Below, piece by piece: positions 11,026-20,868 of a stretch of 64,000 bases of DNA. The DNA lies in assembly GCA_963701825.1 (NCBI GenBank), contig CAVPBG010000003.1, forward strand, positions 451,762 through 515,761, read 5' to 3'. The notes beneath the pieces are model-generated. The model made no database searches, was not told the DNA's origin, and saw only the letters and a program-made list of their open reading frames with translations. A program made the translations under genes and the position numbers. Position 1 is the stretch's first letter, and every line of letters begins with the position of its first letter. This DNA is from an uncultured Actinomycetes bacterium (GTDB lineage: Bacteria; Actinomycetota; Acidimicrobiia; IMCC26256; PALSA-610).

Positions 11026-11952
11026 ATGAGAGTGCTGGTGACGGGCGGCGCGGGATTCATCGGCTCACACCTGGTCGACGCGCTCGTCGAGCGCGGCGAC
11101 GACGTCGTGGTACTCGACGATCTGAGCACCGGTTTCGCGGCCAACATCAATCCCGCCGCGACCCTCGTCGAGGGCTCGATCGCCGACGAAGCGGCGGCGG
11201 CCAAAGCGGTCGACGGGTGCGAGCTCGTGTTCCACCAGGCCGCCCACAAGGCGGTGTTGCGTTCGGTCGAGCTGCCGCTGACCACCGACACCGCGAACAC
11301 GCACGGCACGCTCACGATCCTGAAAGCGGCCGCCGACGCGGGCGTGCAGCGCGTGGTGCACGCGTCGTCGAGCAGCGTCTACGGCGGCGCCACGACGGTG
11401 CCCACGCCGGAGTCCGAGCCGCTGATACCTCGTTCGCCGTACGCGGTCACGAAGCTCGCGGCCGAGCACTACTGCCGGGTCTTCGCCGAGCTGTACGGGC
11501 TCGAGACCGTTGCCCTGCGGTACTTCAACGTGTACGGGCCCCGGCAGCGTCCCGACGCGACGTACGCCGCGGTCATCCCGCTGTTCGTCGACGCGCTGCT
11601 GCACGGCCGCGATCCCGAAGTGCACGGCGACGGCCTCCAGTCGCGCGACTTCACCTACATCGCCGACGTCGTCGGCGCGAACCTCGCGGCTGCGGCCGCG
11701 CCCGCGTCGGCGTGCTCGGGCCGCGCCTACAACATCGCCCCCGGCAAGGCCGCGTCGCTGCTCGACATCCTCGCCGCGCTCGGCGGCCTGCTCGGCGTCA
11801 CACCGAATCCGCACTTCGTCGCCACCCGCGCCGGCGACGTGAAGCACAGCCTGGCCGACGCCTCGGCCGCGGCCCGCGACCTCGGCTACCGCTGCACGAT
11901 CAGCCTCGACGACGGCCTGGCCCGCACCGTCGAGTGGTTACAGGCGCTCTAA
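11026..11952 (+). CDS. NAD-dependent sugar-nucleotide epimerase/dehydratase (UDP-glucose 4-epimerase-like), intact
   Basis: MRVLVTGGAGFIGSHLVDAL (Rossmann GxxGxxG), SPYAVTKLAAE (YxxxK), 308 aa. A TATAGG box sits 11 nt before the ATG, so the leader may be very short. Confidence 0.85.
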   Translation: MRVLVTGGAGFIGSHLVDALVERGDDVVVLDDLSTGFAANINPAATLVEGSIADEAAAAKAVDGCELVFHQAAHKAVLRSVELPLTTDTANTHGTLTILKAAADAGVQRVVHASSSSVYGGATTVPTPESEPLIPRSPYAVTKLAAEHYCRVFAELYGLETVALRYFNVYGPRQRPDATYAAVIPLFVDALLHGRDPEVHGDGLQSRDFTYIADVVGANLAAAAAPASACSGRAYNIAPGKAASLLDILAALGGLLGVTPNPHFVATRAGDVKHSLADASAAARDLGYRCTISLDDGLARTVEWLQAL

Positions 11953-11956
11953 CCGA

Positions 11957-12841
11957 TCACGCCTCGGAGTCGCCGCGTTCCTCGGCCGCGAGTCGGCGCA
12001 ACCCGTCGACGGTCGAGATCGCGTTGCGGGTGAGCGCAACCGCGTCGGCGCGGGCCTGATCGAGCACGGCACGCGCGTCGGCCGCGGCCGCGTCGCGTAC
12101 CGCTTGCGCATCGAGACGCGCCGCCTCGAGCACCACTTCGGCCTGGGCGCGGGCCGTGGTGCCGAGCGCGGCCACCGCGGCGCGTTCCTCGCGCAGCAAC
12201 TCGCACAGCGATCGCATCTCGGCCGCGACCTGCGCCAGCGCGAGGGCCGCGTCCTGCGTCGGCGGGTCCGGCGTCGAGGTGTCAGTCGCAGCGCCGTTCG
12301 CGCGCGCCCGCAGCTCGTCGCGCACCGAACGCAACTCGAAGCGGGTCTCGGCCATCTCCTCCTCGAACGCGGAGATGCGGGCGTGCAGATCGGCGACGAG
12401 TTCCGCAGGGCCATCCGCGGCGGCGCGCGGTCCGGCGCCGTTCGCCGCCCGCCGGGCGCCGTTGCCCAGCACGCGACGGAGCGCGGCTTCGGTCTGGCGC
12501 GCCTCGCGGGCAACGTCGTCGAGCGCGCCTTGTTCTTCTTGGCGCTCGATCTCGGTCAGGTCGACGACGTCCGGTTCCACGAGCGACAACTCGGGCGCCT
12601 CGGGCCGCACGGGCGGCGGATCGACGGCCGCGGCGAAGGCGGAGTAGCTGGCGAAGCCGAGCACGCGCAGGAGATCGTTCTCGGCGTCGCGCGCCTCTTT
12701 GCGCTCGCGCCGATTCCGCCGTCCCCGCAGACCGCTCGCACTCCGAGCGAGGCTCGCGCTGCGTTCATGCAGCTCGTGCACCTCGTTCACGATCTTGGGC
12801 GCCAGCGGGACCGCCCGCGGCACCGTTTCGCCCGCCGTCAC
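11957..12841 (-). CDS. Hypothetical Ala/Arg/Glu-rich protein, probable coiled coil, no TM segment seen
   Basis: 294-aa ORF filling the gap between the epimerase and the dehydratase. GC3-rich codon usage is consistent with coding. I recognise no motif. Confidence 0.5.
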   Translation of the reverse strand: MTAGETVPRAVPLAPKIVNEVHELHERSASLARSASGLRGRRNRRERKEARDAENDLLRVLGFASYSAFAAAVDPPPVRPEAPELSLVEPDVVDLTEIERQEEQGALDDVAREARQTEAALRRVLGNGARRAANGAGPRAAADGPAELVADLHARISAFEEEMAETRFELRSVRDELRARANGAATDTSTPDPPTQDAALALAQVAAEMRSLCELLREERAAVAALGTTARAQAEVVLEAARLDAQAVRDAAAADARAVLDQARADAVALTRNAISTVDGLRRLAAEERGDSEA

Positions 12842-12917
12842 CCGTTTCCCGCCCGTCGTCGTGGCGACTCCCCCAAGCGCCGAACATCGCCCGTGCCGTT
12901 ACGGCGGCGTGCGCCCT

Positions 12918-14754
12918 TTACGAACCGCCCGCGACCGCACCCCAATCATACGGGAGCTCTTCGAGATCGATCACGTCGAGCTCGAGCCGCATGCGTTCGC
13001 ACAGCTCGATCAGTGCGTCGGCGGCGCGCTCGTTGCTGATCGTGGCCGGGAAGTGGCGGACACAGTCGCCGTGCAGCGCCGGGACACCGACGGAACGGAT
13101 GAGCGGGTGTGCCGTCTCGACGTGGGCCTCGGCCTTGCCGAAGAGGTCTTCGTGCATCTTCTCGCCGTGCCGCAGGCCGACGAACTCGATCGGGCACGGC
13201 GGCTTGACCGTGCGGGCGAGCTGCTCGGCGACTTCGGCGATGTTGACGGGATCGCCCATGTCGAGCACGAGCACGCTGCCGCCGGCGCCGATCGCACCGG
13301 CTTGCAACACGAGCTGCACGGCTTCTTCGACCGTCATGAAGAAGCGGGTCACGTCGCGGTGCGTGACGGTCAACGGCCCACCGAGCTCGAGCTGCTTCTG
13401 GAACGCGGTGAGCACCGATCCGCGGCTGCCGAGCACGTTGCCGAACCGCACCGACAAGAACCGGCCCGTGGCCCGTTCGTCGACGCCGGCGGTCAGACCT
13501 TCGGCGACCCGCTTCGAGTAGCCGAGCATGCTGCAGGGGTCGGCGGCCTTGTCGGTCGAGACGTTGACGAAGCACTCGACGCCCGAGGCTTCGGCGGCTT
13601 CGAGCACGGCGAGCGAACCCCACACGTTGGTCTTGAAGCCCTCGACGGGGTGCGACTCGAGCAAGGGCAGGTGCTTGAGTGCAGCGGCGTGGAACACCAC
13701 GTGCGGGCGGCGTTCGCAGAAGAGCTGCTTGACGCGCTCGCGGTCGCGGATGTCGATCAGCGCGAGGTCGGGTGAGTCGAGGAGCGCACGACCGTGAGAT
13801 CGACAGCTGCACCGCGTGCAACGCGGACTCGTCACGGTCGAGCATGATCAGCTCGGCGGGCTCGAACTGGGCGATCTGGCGGCACAACTCGGAGCCGATC
13901 GAGCCGCCCGCACCGGTCACCACGACCCGCTTGCCTCGCAGGTACGACGGCGGCCTGTTCGAGGTTGGTCTCGATCGAGTGCCGGCCCATGAGGTCGCGC
14001 TCGGTGGGTTCGCGGATGTCGACGACGCGCACCCGGCCGTCGAGCAGCTCGCGCACCGAAGGGAGCACTCGCACCGACAAGCCGGCCTTCGTCGCGATCT
14101 CGGAAAGCTCGAGCACGACCGAGCTCGTGGCGCTGGGTACGGCGATGACAACGGCGGTCGCGTTGTACTCGGCGGCAACGCGCTCGCATGTCGTGGCGAT
14201 CGCCGACGACCTTCACGCCGCGCGTCTGCATGCCCCGGATGGTCGGATCGTCGTCGAGCAGCGCCACCGCGACGTACGCGCTCTCGGGGTCGCTCATCAT
14301 CGCGGCGATCGCCGAGCGGCCACCGCTACCGGCGCCGAACACCATCGACCCGCTCGCAGTCGCGGCTCTGCAACACCTTGCGGAGTTGGCGGTCGTGGTC
14401 CATGCGCCACCAGAAGCGCACGGCGACCATGACGAGCACGGCCATCGTCCCGCCCGCGAGCACGGCCGAGATCGGCAGTGGGCGGTCGTACATGATCGAG
14501 GCGTCGACCGCGAGCAGCCCGATCCCGGCGAACAGGAACGACTTGGCGACGGCGCCGACCTCTTCGACGGATCCGAAGACCCACCGACCGCGGTACAGGC
14601 CGAAGAACGAGCCCGCCGCGAGCTGCGCGACCACGACGAGCGGCACCAGCGGCACGAGGCGCCACCAGGCCAGGCCCGGCGCAACCAACCGCAACACCGA
14701 GCACAACACGAGCGCGCCCGCCCAAGCTGCCGAGTCGATGACCGCCTGCGACAC
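12918..14754 (-). pseudogene. Membrane-anchored polysaccharide biosynthesis protein CapD/PglF/WbpM-type (UDP-GlcNAc 4,6-dehydratase-like); about four frame changes
   Basis: N-terminal TM region (14326..14754), [11 protein letters not shown]...LLDDDP (first Rossmann), [56 protein letters not shown] (second Rossmann), and C-terminal catalytic part ...[12 protein letters not shown]...[21 protein letters not shown] (12918..13835). Confidence 0.8.
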
Positions 14755-14832
14755 ACGTCGTCCATGAGTCGGACGCCGCGCTACTCTCCCCAGAAACCCA
14801 GTTCACCACTCGGTCCCCCCGATCTCCGTGAT

Positions 14833-14847
14833 TTCCAGATTCTGGAA
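14833..14847. promoter_or_regulatory. Perfect 7-1-7 palindrome TTCCAGA-T-TCTGGAA in the AT-richer spacer upstream of the dehydratase gene
   Basis: Read directly at 14833-14847, 79-93 nt upstream of the GTG start at 14754, inside a 149-nt intergenic spacer of an otherwise tightly packed operon. Confidence 0.3.
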
Positions 14848-14903
14848 TATGGCGGGACAACCCGCAAGGGATACGGCCCAAAACCTTTGCATAAGGTTGG
14901 GAG

Positions 14904-16077
14904 TCACACCGGCAGACTGCGGGCGAATTCACCGGATTTGTCGTGCACGGTCGCGATGAGCCGGACGATGCCGTCGACGGTTCGGTCGTCGAGCGCCGGG
15001 TAAACGGGCAGGCTGAGGACTCGCGCCGCGGCCGCGTCGGTCACCGGCAGGGCTCGCGCCCCGCCGTCGGTGCCCCCCGCGGCTTCGATACTCCGATATG
15101 CGGTCTGGCGGTGAACCGGCGGGTCGAAATAGGTGCGGGTATCTACGCCGTCCGCACCCAGCGCCCGCTGGAGCGTGTCGCGGTCGACACCGTACGTGGT
15201 CGCGTCGACGGCGATCGTGAAGTCCTTCCACGTCGACTGGTCGGTCGCGGCGACGGCTTGCACGTGCACTCCGGGCACCTCGGCCAGTGCCCGGCGATAC
15301 CGGTCGACGATCTCGAAGCGCCGCGCCTGATTCGCGGCGTAGGCCTCCAGGGACGCGAGCGCAGTGGCCGCGTGCATCTCCGACATCCGACCGTTGAGGC
15401 CGACGAACTGGGTGTCGTAGTTCCCGGGGTTGGCGTAGTCACGACCGATGCGGACCTTGTACGCCACGTCGTCGCGGGTGGTCGCCACCAGTCCGCCTTC
15501 GCCCGCGACCAGCGGCTTGGTCGGCGTGAGGCTGAACACCTCGGCGTCGCCGAACCCGCCGACGGGCACACCGGCGTGCAGCGCGCCGAACGCGTGGGCC
15601 GCGTCGAACACCAACGGGATGCCGATGCCGCGCGCCGAGATCCTGCACTTCCTTGGGTGAACACGGCGCGCCGAACACGTGGGTCGCGAGCAGCGCGCCC
15701 GCGCCGTCGAGGTGGGCGCGGGCATCGTCGAGCGAGACCTGGAACGACGCGGGATCGCACTCGACGAAACGGGGCGTGGCGCCGTTCCACGCGACCGAAT
15801 GCGCCGACGCGGAGAACGTGAACGACGGCATCACGACCGGTCCCGCGATCTCGAGGGCGCGCAACGCGAGCATCAGGCCCGTCGTGCACGACGACACCGC
15901 GATCACGTGCGGTACCTGCAGGATCTCGGCCGCCCGTTGCTCGAGCTCGGCTACCAGCGCGCCGTTCGTCAACATGCCGCGCTTCCACGACGCCGACAGG
16001 ATCTCGGTGACGCGCTCGAGCGCGGGCGCGGGCGGGCGCACGAACGGGACGCCTTCCGGGAACGTCGGGTTCGCCAC
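14904..16077 (-). pseudogene. DegT/DnrJ/EryC1/StrS (PglE-like) sugar aminotransferase; one frame change near 15650
   Basis: N-terminus MANPTFPEG...VIAVSSCTTGLMLALRAL...MPSFTFSASAHSV...ATHVFGAP (15439..16077). C-terminus ...GIPLVFDAAHAFGA...EVFSLTPTKPLVAGEGG (PLP-lysine region)...LSLPVYPAL (14904..15725). Confidence 0.85.
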
Positions 16078-16095
16078 CCAGCAGTGCGAGTTGTG

Positions 16096-17032
16096 TCATA
16101 CCGGCGTGCCCTCCGAAACGAATCCGAGTTTCCAAACCGTGGCCGCGACCGCGATCACGCACAACGCAACCACCACCGCGGCGCCGGCCGCGTCGAGATG
16201 CCACGAAAGCAGCCCAGCCGCGCGACGCCGCGACCTGCAACGCCGCGCAGACGAACAACACCCGAACGATCGGCCAACCGCGATCGGCGAGCTGGTCGTA
16301 CACGTGGCTGCGATCACCGGCGAGCAACGGCTTGCCGTTCAGGCGGCGGCGGACGACTCGCGATCGCGGTGTCGGCGATCGGGAGCCCGACGAACAGCGG
16401 CAGCGCGATCCACGCAGCGCGACCCTGACCATCGAGCGCGGTCGCCGCGAGCAACGCGAGCGCAGTACCCAGGAGATAGGAACCGCCGTCGCCGAGGTAG
16501 ATGCGAGCCGGCGGCCGGTTGAAGACGAGAAAGCCCACGAGCGCGCCGCACACCGCGAGCGCGGGCAGGGTGACGGCGCCGCCGAGCAACGCGAAGCCGA
16601 GCGCGGAGATGGCCACGACGCGTGGCCGCCAGGCCGTCCATGCCGTCGATGAGGTTGATCGCGTTCACGAACACGACCACGAGCACCGCGGTGAGCAGCC
16701 AGCCGACCCGACCGGGCGCGGGTTCCACGAGCCCGGCCACGACCCCGATCGAGGCCTGGCCGGCCAGTCGGACCAGAGGCGGGATCGTGCGAATGTCGTC
16801 GGCCACCCCGAGCGCGGTCGCCAGGCCGAGGGGCACGAGCCAGAGCGGGTGCGCGATCGCCAGCGCGACCGCGATTGCACCGAACACCGCCGCGCCGCCG
16901 AGATACGGCGACCGGTTCGTGTTGCACCTTGAGCGGTCCGGGCCGGTCGAGCACACCCAACGCGAACGACGCCCGGCGCGCGAGCGGGGTCAGCACCGAG
17001 CGCGAGGATCGAGCGCGACTCCGAACGCTACG
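16096..17032 (-). pseudogene. WecA/MraY-family (GT4-fold-unrelated) polyprenyl-phosphate N-acetylhexosamine-1-phosphate transferase; about 3-4 frame changes, start uncertain
   Basis: VLTPLARRASFALGVLDRPGPLKVQHE / RSPYLGGAAVFGAI...LGVADDI...VNAINLIDGMDGLAA / ...FNRPPARIYLGDGGSYLLG / C-terminal TM part. These motifs are typical of the MraY/WecA superfamily. Confidence 0.7.
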
Positions 17033-17658
17033 ACGCTGCCCACACCAGCACTTCCGATTGCACGTCGTCGTGAATCGAGATCTGCTGCAACGGTGCGAAG
17101 CCGCACCGTTCGTAGAGGCGTAACGCCGACTGGTTCGACGCACCTGCCACGACCTTGGCCGACGCGCAGCCGCGCCGCTCCAGCTCGGCCAGCGTCTCGT
17201 GCAGCACGAGCGAGCCCCAACCCTTGCTCGCGACATCGGGATCGGTGACGACTGCGAGGATCTCCGCGTCGGGCAGCTCGCCGGTCGCGGCCGGGTAGCG
17301 CAGCGTCTCCACGACGTGCGGCAGCGAACGCACGAGGCGGGGCGCCGACCGCACACCCGCGGCCAAGCCGTCGCGCACCATGAACTCGCGATACAGCCGG
17401 CCGACGTTCTCGGCCGCCGCGCAGAACGCGACGATGCGGCCGTTCTCCTCCGCCACCATCGCGAAGGCTCGCGGCGAGCGCACGACCCGCCGGTACAAGC
17501 CGGCCGAGGAAGACCGGACCGAGCGACGCGAGGAAGCCTTCGTTGATGCGGCGCGCGTGCATGTCGGCGAGCCGCCAGGCGTCGTCGAGCTCCGCGAAGC
17601 GGACGGCGCCGACCGGCGCCCGCTCGTCGGGAGCAGAGTCGCGTGTCTCGTCGGTCAT
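17028..17658 (-). pseudogene. GNAT family N-acetyltransferase; one frame change near 17505
   Basis: N-terminus MTDETRDSAPDERAPVGAVRFAELDDAWRLADMHARRINEGFLASLGPVFLGRL, then ...AVVTDPDVASKGWGSLVLHETLAELERRGCASAKVVAGASNQSALRLYERCGF. ATG at 17658 overlaps the upstream stop (ATGA). Confidence 0.75.
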
Positions 17659-18845
17659 GCCGCGGCGCCGATCGGTGAACGGCCCAGGAGCGCTTCGTAC
17701 GTGGCCAGCGTCACGTCGATGCAGCGGTGCTGGTCGAAATCAGAGCGCGCCTTCTCGCGCGCGGCCGCGGCCATCGTGCGCCGGCGGTCGGTGTCGGTCG
17801 CGAGCTCGAGCACGGCCGCCGCCAGCGCAGGCGCGTCGTGGGCCGGAACCAGCAGGCCGGTGCGGCCGTGGTCGACGACCTGACGACAACCGCGGATGTC
17901 GGTGGCGACGACCGGCAGACCCATCGCGGCCGCTTCCATCGCAGAGCGCGGGAACCCTTCGCGGTACGAGGCGAGGGCGTAGAGATCGAACGCCGCGTAA
18001 CACGCCTCGACATCCGACCGCTCGCCGACGAAGTGGATGTTGCCGACGGCCTCGGCGCGGGCAATGTCGTCGGCGGAGAGGGCCTCGGCCTTGGCTTCGT
18101 CGCGCGGCCCCACGACGACGAACTGCAGCTGCGGCGCCTGCTCGCGCAGCGTGCGGGCCGCCTCGATGACCTCGCGGTACCCCTTCTCCCACACCAGGCG
18201 CCCCACGACGCCGCACACGATCGCGTCGTCGGCGAGCCCCCAGCTCCGGCGCAGTTCGGAACGCGACTCGGCCCGCCGCGCGTCGGGATCGAAGCGTTCG
18301 AGATCGATGCCGTTGCCCAGCAGGTGGAGCTTGCGGTCGGGAATGCCGAGGCCCCGCAGGACCGGCATGTCTTCGACGTTCTGCACGAGCTCGGCCTGCG
18401 AGCACTTCGCGGCCACGCGTTCGAGGCTGTAGACCGCGGTGCGCCGGGCCCAACCGTCGTCGGGCTGCGCGTAGAGGCCGTGCACGGTGTTGACCACGAC
18501 GGGCACACGGGCGCAGCGCGCCGCGATGCGTCCGTACACACCGGGCTTCGGGTTGTGCGTGTGCACGATGTCGGGGCGCAGCCGCGAGAACAACCGGGTC
18601 AGCTCGACGAGCGCGGCCGCGTCGCGGGTGGGCGCCATCGAACGGGTGGCGTTGCGGAGCGGGATGTGGCGGATACCGAGCTCGGCGAGTTGCGGGAGAT
18701 ACGGGCCGGGCGCCGACACCCCGATCACCTCGTAGCCCGCGTCGCCGAACGCCGCGAGCTGCGGGCCCAGCAACAACGCCAGGCTGATGTCGGTCGTGGT
18801 CACGTGTACGAGGCGCGGCCTCGCTTTCGGGCGGCGCGCGTTCAC
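17655..18845 (-). CDS. Glycosyltransferase family 4 (GT-B, RfaB/WcaL-like), intact
   Basis: A GTG at 18845 overlaps the upstream TGA (GTGA). ...RLVHVTTTDISL...DIVHTHNPKPG...VGRLVWEKG...ASYREGFPRSAMEAAAMGLPVVATDIRGCRQVV (E-x7-E region). Confidence 0.85.
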   Translation of the reverse strand: MNARRPKARPRLVHVTTTDISLALLLGPQLAAFGDAGYEVIGVSAPGPYLPQLAELGIRHIPLRNATRSMAPTRDAAALVELTRLFSRLRPDIVHTHNPKPGVYGRIAARCARVPVVVNTVHGLYAQPDDGWARRTAVYSLERVAAKCSQAELVQNVEDMPVLRGLGIPDRKLHLLGNGIDLERFDPDARRAESRSELRRSWGLADDAIVCGVVGRLVWEKGYREVIEAARTLREQAPQLQFVVVGPRDEAKAEALSADDIARAEAVGNIHFVGERSDVEACYAAFDLYALASYREGFPRSAMEAAAMGLPVVATDIRGCRQVVDHGRTGLLVPAHDAPALAAAVLELATDTDRRRTMAAAAREKARSDFDQHRCIDVTLATYEALLGRSPIGAAA

Positions 18846-19735
18846 GACGACGCCCCGATGTAGCGCACCCGGTTCAGGATGCGGCGCACGTCGTCTTCCA
18901 GCCGTAGGCCGCCGGTGAGCTTCTGCTCGAAGAAGCGCATGCCGTCGGCGCGCTGCACCGGCGAGCGCGCCAGGCGCCACGGATCGGTGTAGCCGTAGCG
19001 GTTGGCGTGCGTGCCCGCGACCGCGGCCGACTTGAACATCGTGCGCATCAACGCGTCGACCGACGCGTTGCCCGGGAGCGCCTTCGGGTACGCGAAGTGT
19101 TCCGGCTTCACACCGGTGCGTTCGTACATGACGTCGATGGAGCGCTGCAGCTCGTCGGTCGCGGTCGGGAGATCGACCCGGTCGAGGAGCGCGTGGGTGT
19201 GCGTGTGCGAACCGAGAGTGACGAGACCGGTCGACAGCGCGTCGCGGATCGCGGCCCACGACAACACCGTTCCACCGTCGGGGAAGTCCCGCCCGCGCTC
19301 CACGAAGTCGGTGGCGAGGTAGAGCGTGGCCGGCACCTGATGGCGCACCAGGATCGGCAACGCCTCGTCGACGAAGTCGGCAGTACCGTCGTCGAAGGTC
19401 ACGACGATGCGGTTGCGGCCCGGGGTTGCGGCGGTTGCGTCGGATTGGCCGCTCGGCAACTCGAGCGCGGTCAACGCGTCGTCGAGCGTCAGCGGGGCGC
19501 GCCACCGGGCGATGAGGTCGATCTGGGCGTCGAAGCGCTCGGCGGGCAGATCGATCTCGTGCGCCGTCGATCGACCCCCGACCCGGTGGTAGGCGAGCAC
19601 GACGATGCCCGGCGCCCGGGACTCCGCGCGGGACCACGAACCCAGCTGGTCGTACGCGCTCGCCGCGTTCTTCAACGCGCTCTGCGCGCGCGAACGAACT
19701 ACGCCTCGAACCCGTCGCGCGCCTCCGGACGCCAC
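18842..19735 (-). CDS. Polysaccharide deacetylase (CE4/NodB-like), intact
   Basis: VVLAYHRVG...VVTFDDGTADFVD...ATLYLATDFV...LGSHTHTHALL (Asp-Asp and His-His metal/catalytic motifs). Confidence 0.8.
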   Translation of the reverse strand: MASGGARRVRGVVRSRAQSALKNAASAYDQLGSWSRAESRAPGIVVLAYHRVGGRSTAHEIDLPAERFDAQIDLIARWRAPLTLDDALTALELPSGQSDATAATPGRNRIVVTFDDGTADFVDEALPILVRHQVPATLYLATDFVERGRDFPDGGTVLSWAAIRDALSTGLVTLGSHTHTHALLDRVDLPTATDELQRSIDVMYERTGVKPEHFAYPKALPGNASVDALMRTMFKSAAVAGTHANRYGYTDPWRLARSPVQRADGMRFFEQKLTGGLRLEDDVRRILNRVRYIGASS

Positions 19736-19861
19736 CAGCTGAATCCTCCCCCCGGCTGTGGGGCCCGCATCCCTGCGAGCCGCCCCCGAGGGGCGATGGT
19801 AGTGACGGTGGCAGTACTTGACAACGGACCGTTTGGGGCCTGTGTGCAGGTTCCGCCTAGT

Positions 19862-20868
19862 TCAGAACAGCTCGATATCACCGAGTGAGAGGTCGAACGC
19901 GCTCACCGCGGTCGGCGCGGTGACCGCGACGTCCCGGGTCGTCATCACCGGACCGAACGACGGGACCCGGACACAACCCGGAATCGAGCCGATCCCGAGC
20001 ACGTAGTCGGCCTGCCCGCGCACCGCCCGGACGACGGCGCGGCGCAAGGCCCGCCGGGCCGCGGGTGTCGGTTCGGGCGTGACGAGGGCGGCCAGCACCG
20101 CCTCGACCGCCGCGCCCCGCCGGCGGAGCCGCACGAACGCGACGCCGGCAGCGATGCCACCCGGCGCCACGACCGCCCGATAGCCGAGCAACGGAGTGGC
20201 ATACCGCCAGCGGAAGAACTCCGGATCGCGCCGGGTCCGGTAGGTGTCCGGCCCGGTTTCCGTCGCCGTGGTCCCGCCCGCCGTGGCACGCGCGCCCGCG
20301 GCGAGCAACGCGGCGAAGTCGGGGTCGGCGAGGACCGTCTCGACGTCGGCGCCGAAGCCGGCCGGCTCCGACCAGTGCGCGGCCGGCACCCGGCTCCGGG
20401 CCAACCGGATCGCGCCGCGCGGCGACAGCGGCCGCACGCACGCGGCGGCGCGGCCGATCTCGTTCCAACCCATCTTCAGATAGCCGGGCCGGCTCTGGTC
20501 GTTCGGGGTGTTGAACACGAACTGCACACCGTCGGCGGCCATCACGGGCAGCGCGTCGAGGGTCAGACGGCGGAAGATCCCCCGACCCTGGAAGTCGGGA
20601 TGGGTCGCGGTGTCGACGGCACGCACACACCGCACGGTGGCGCCGGAGCGTTCGAAGTCCCAGCGCATGAACGTGCGCAGGCCGACGACGCGCTCCCCGC
20701 GCACGCCACCCACATCGGCGACGGTCCGAACGCGTTCTCGAGGTGCTTCCAGCGGAACAGGGCGGCGAAGCGCTCGTCGTCGGCCCGGCCCATCGAGTCC
20801 TGCAACAACGCGATGATCGCGGGCAGGTCGGCAGCTACCGCGGGTCGCGATTCGAGCTCGTCGGTCAC
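19862..20868 (-). pseudogene. GNAT-domain protein with C-terminal extension; one frame change near 20715
   Basis: A GTG at 20868 overlaps the upstream TGA. N-terminus VTDELESRPAVAADLPAIIALLQDSMGRADDERFAALFRWKHLENAFGPSPMWVA, then ...AVDTATHPDFQGRGIFRRLTLDAL...VFNTPNDQSRPGYLKMGW. Confidence 0.65.

Noticed and set aside
15143-17356. 737-aa minus-strand ORF spanning the aminotransferase, WecA-like and GNAT genes
   Set aside because: It is a read-through open frame in GC-rich DNA. It matches real protein sequence only in a short stretch (VLTPLARRASFALGVLDRPGPLKVQHE). The individual genes are identified in other frames.
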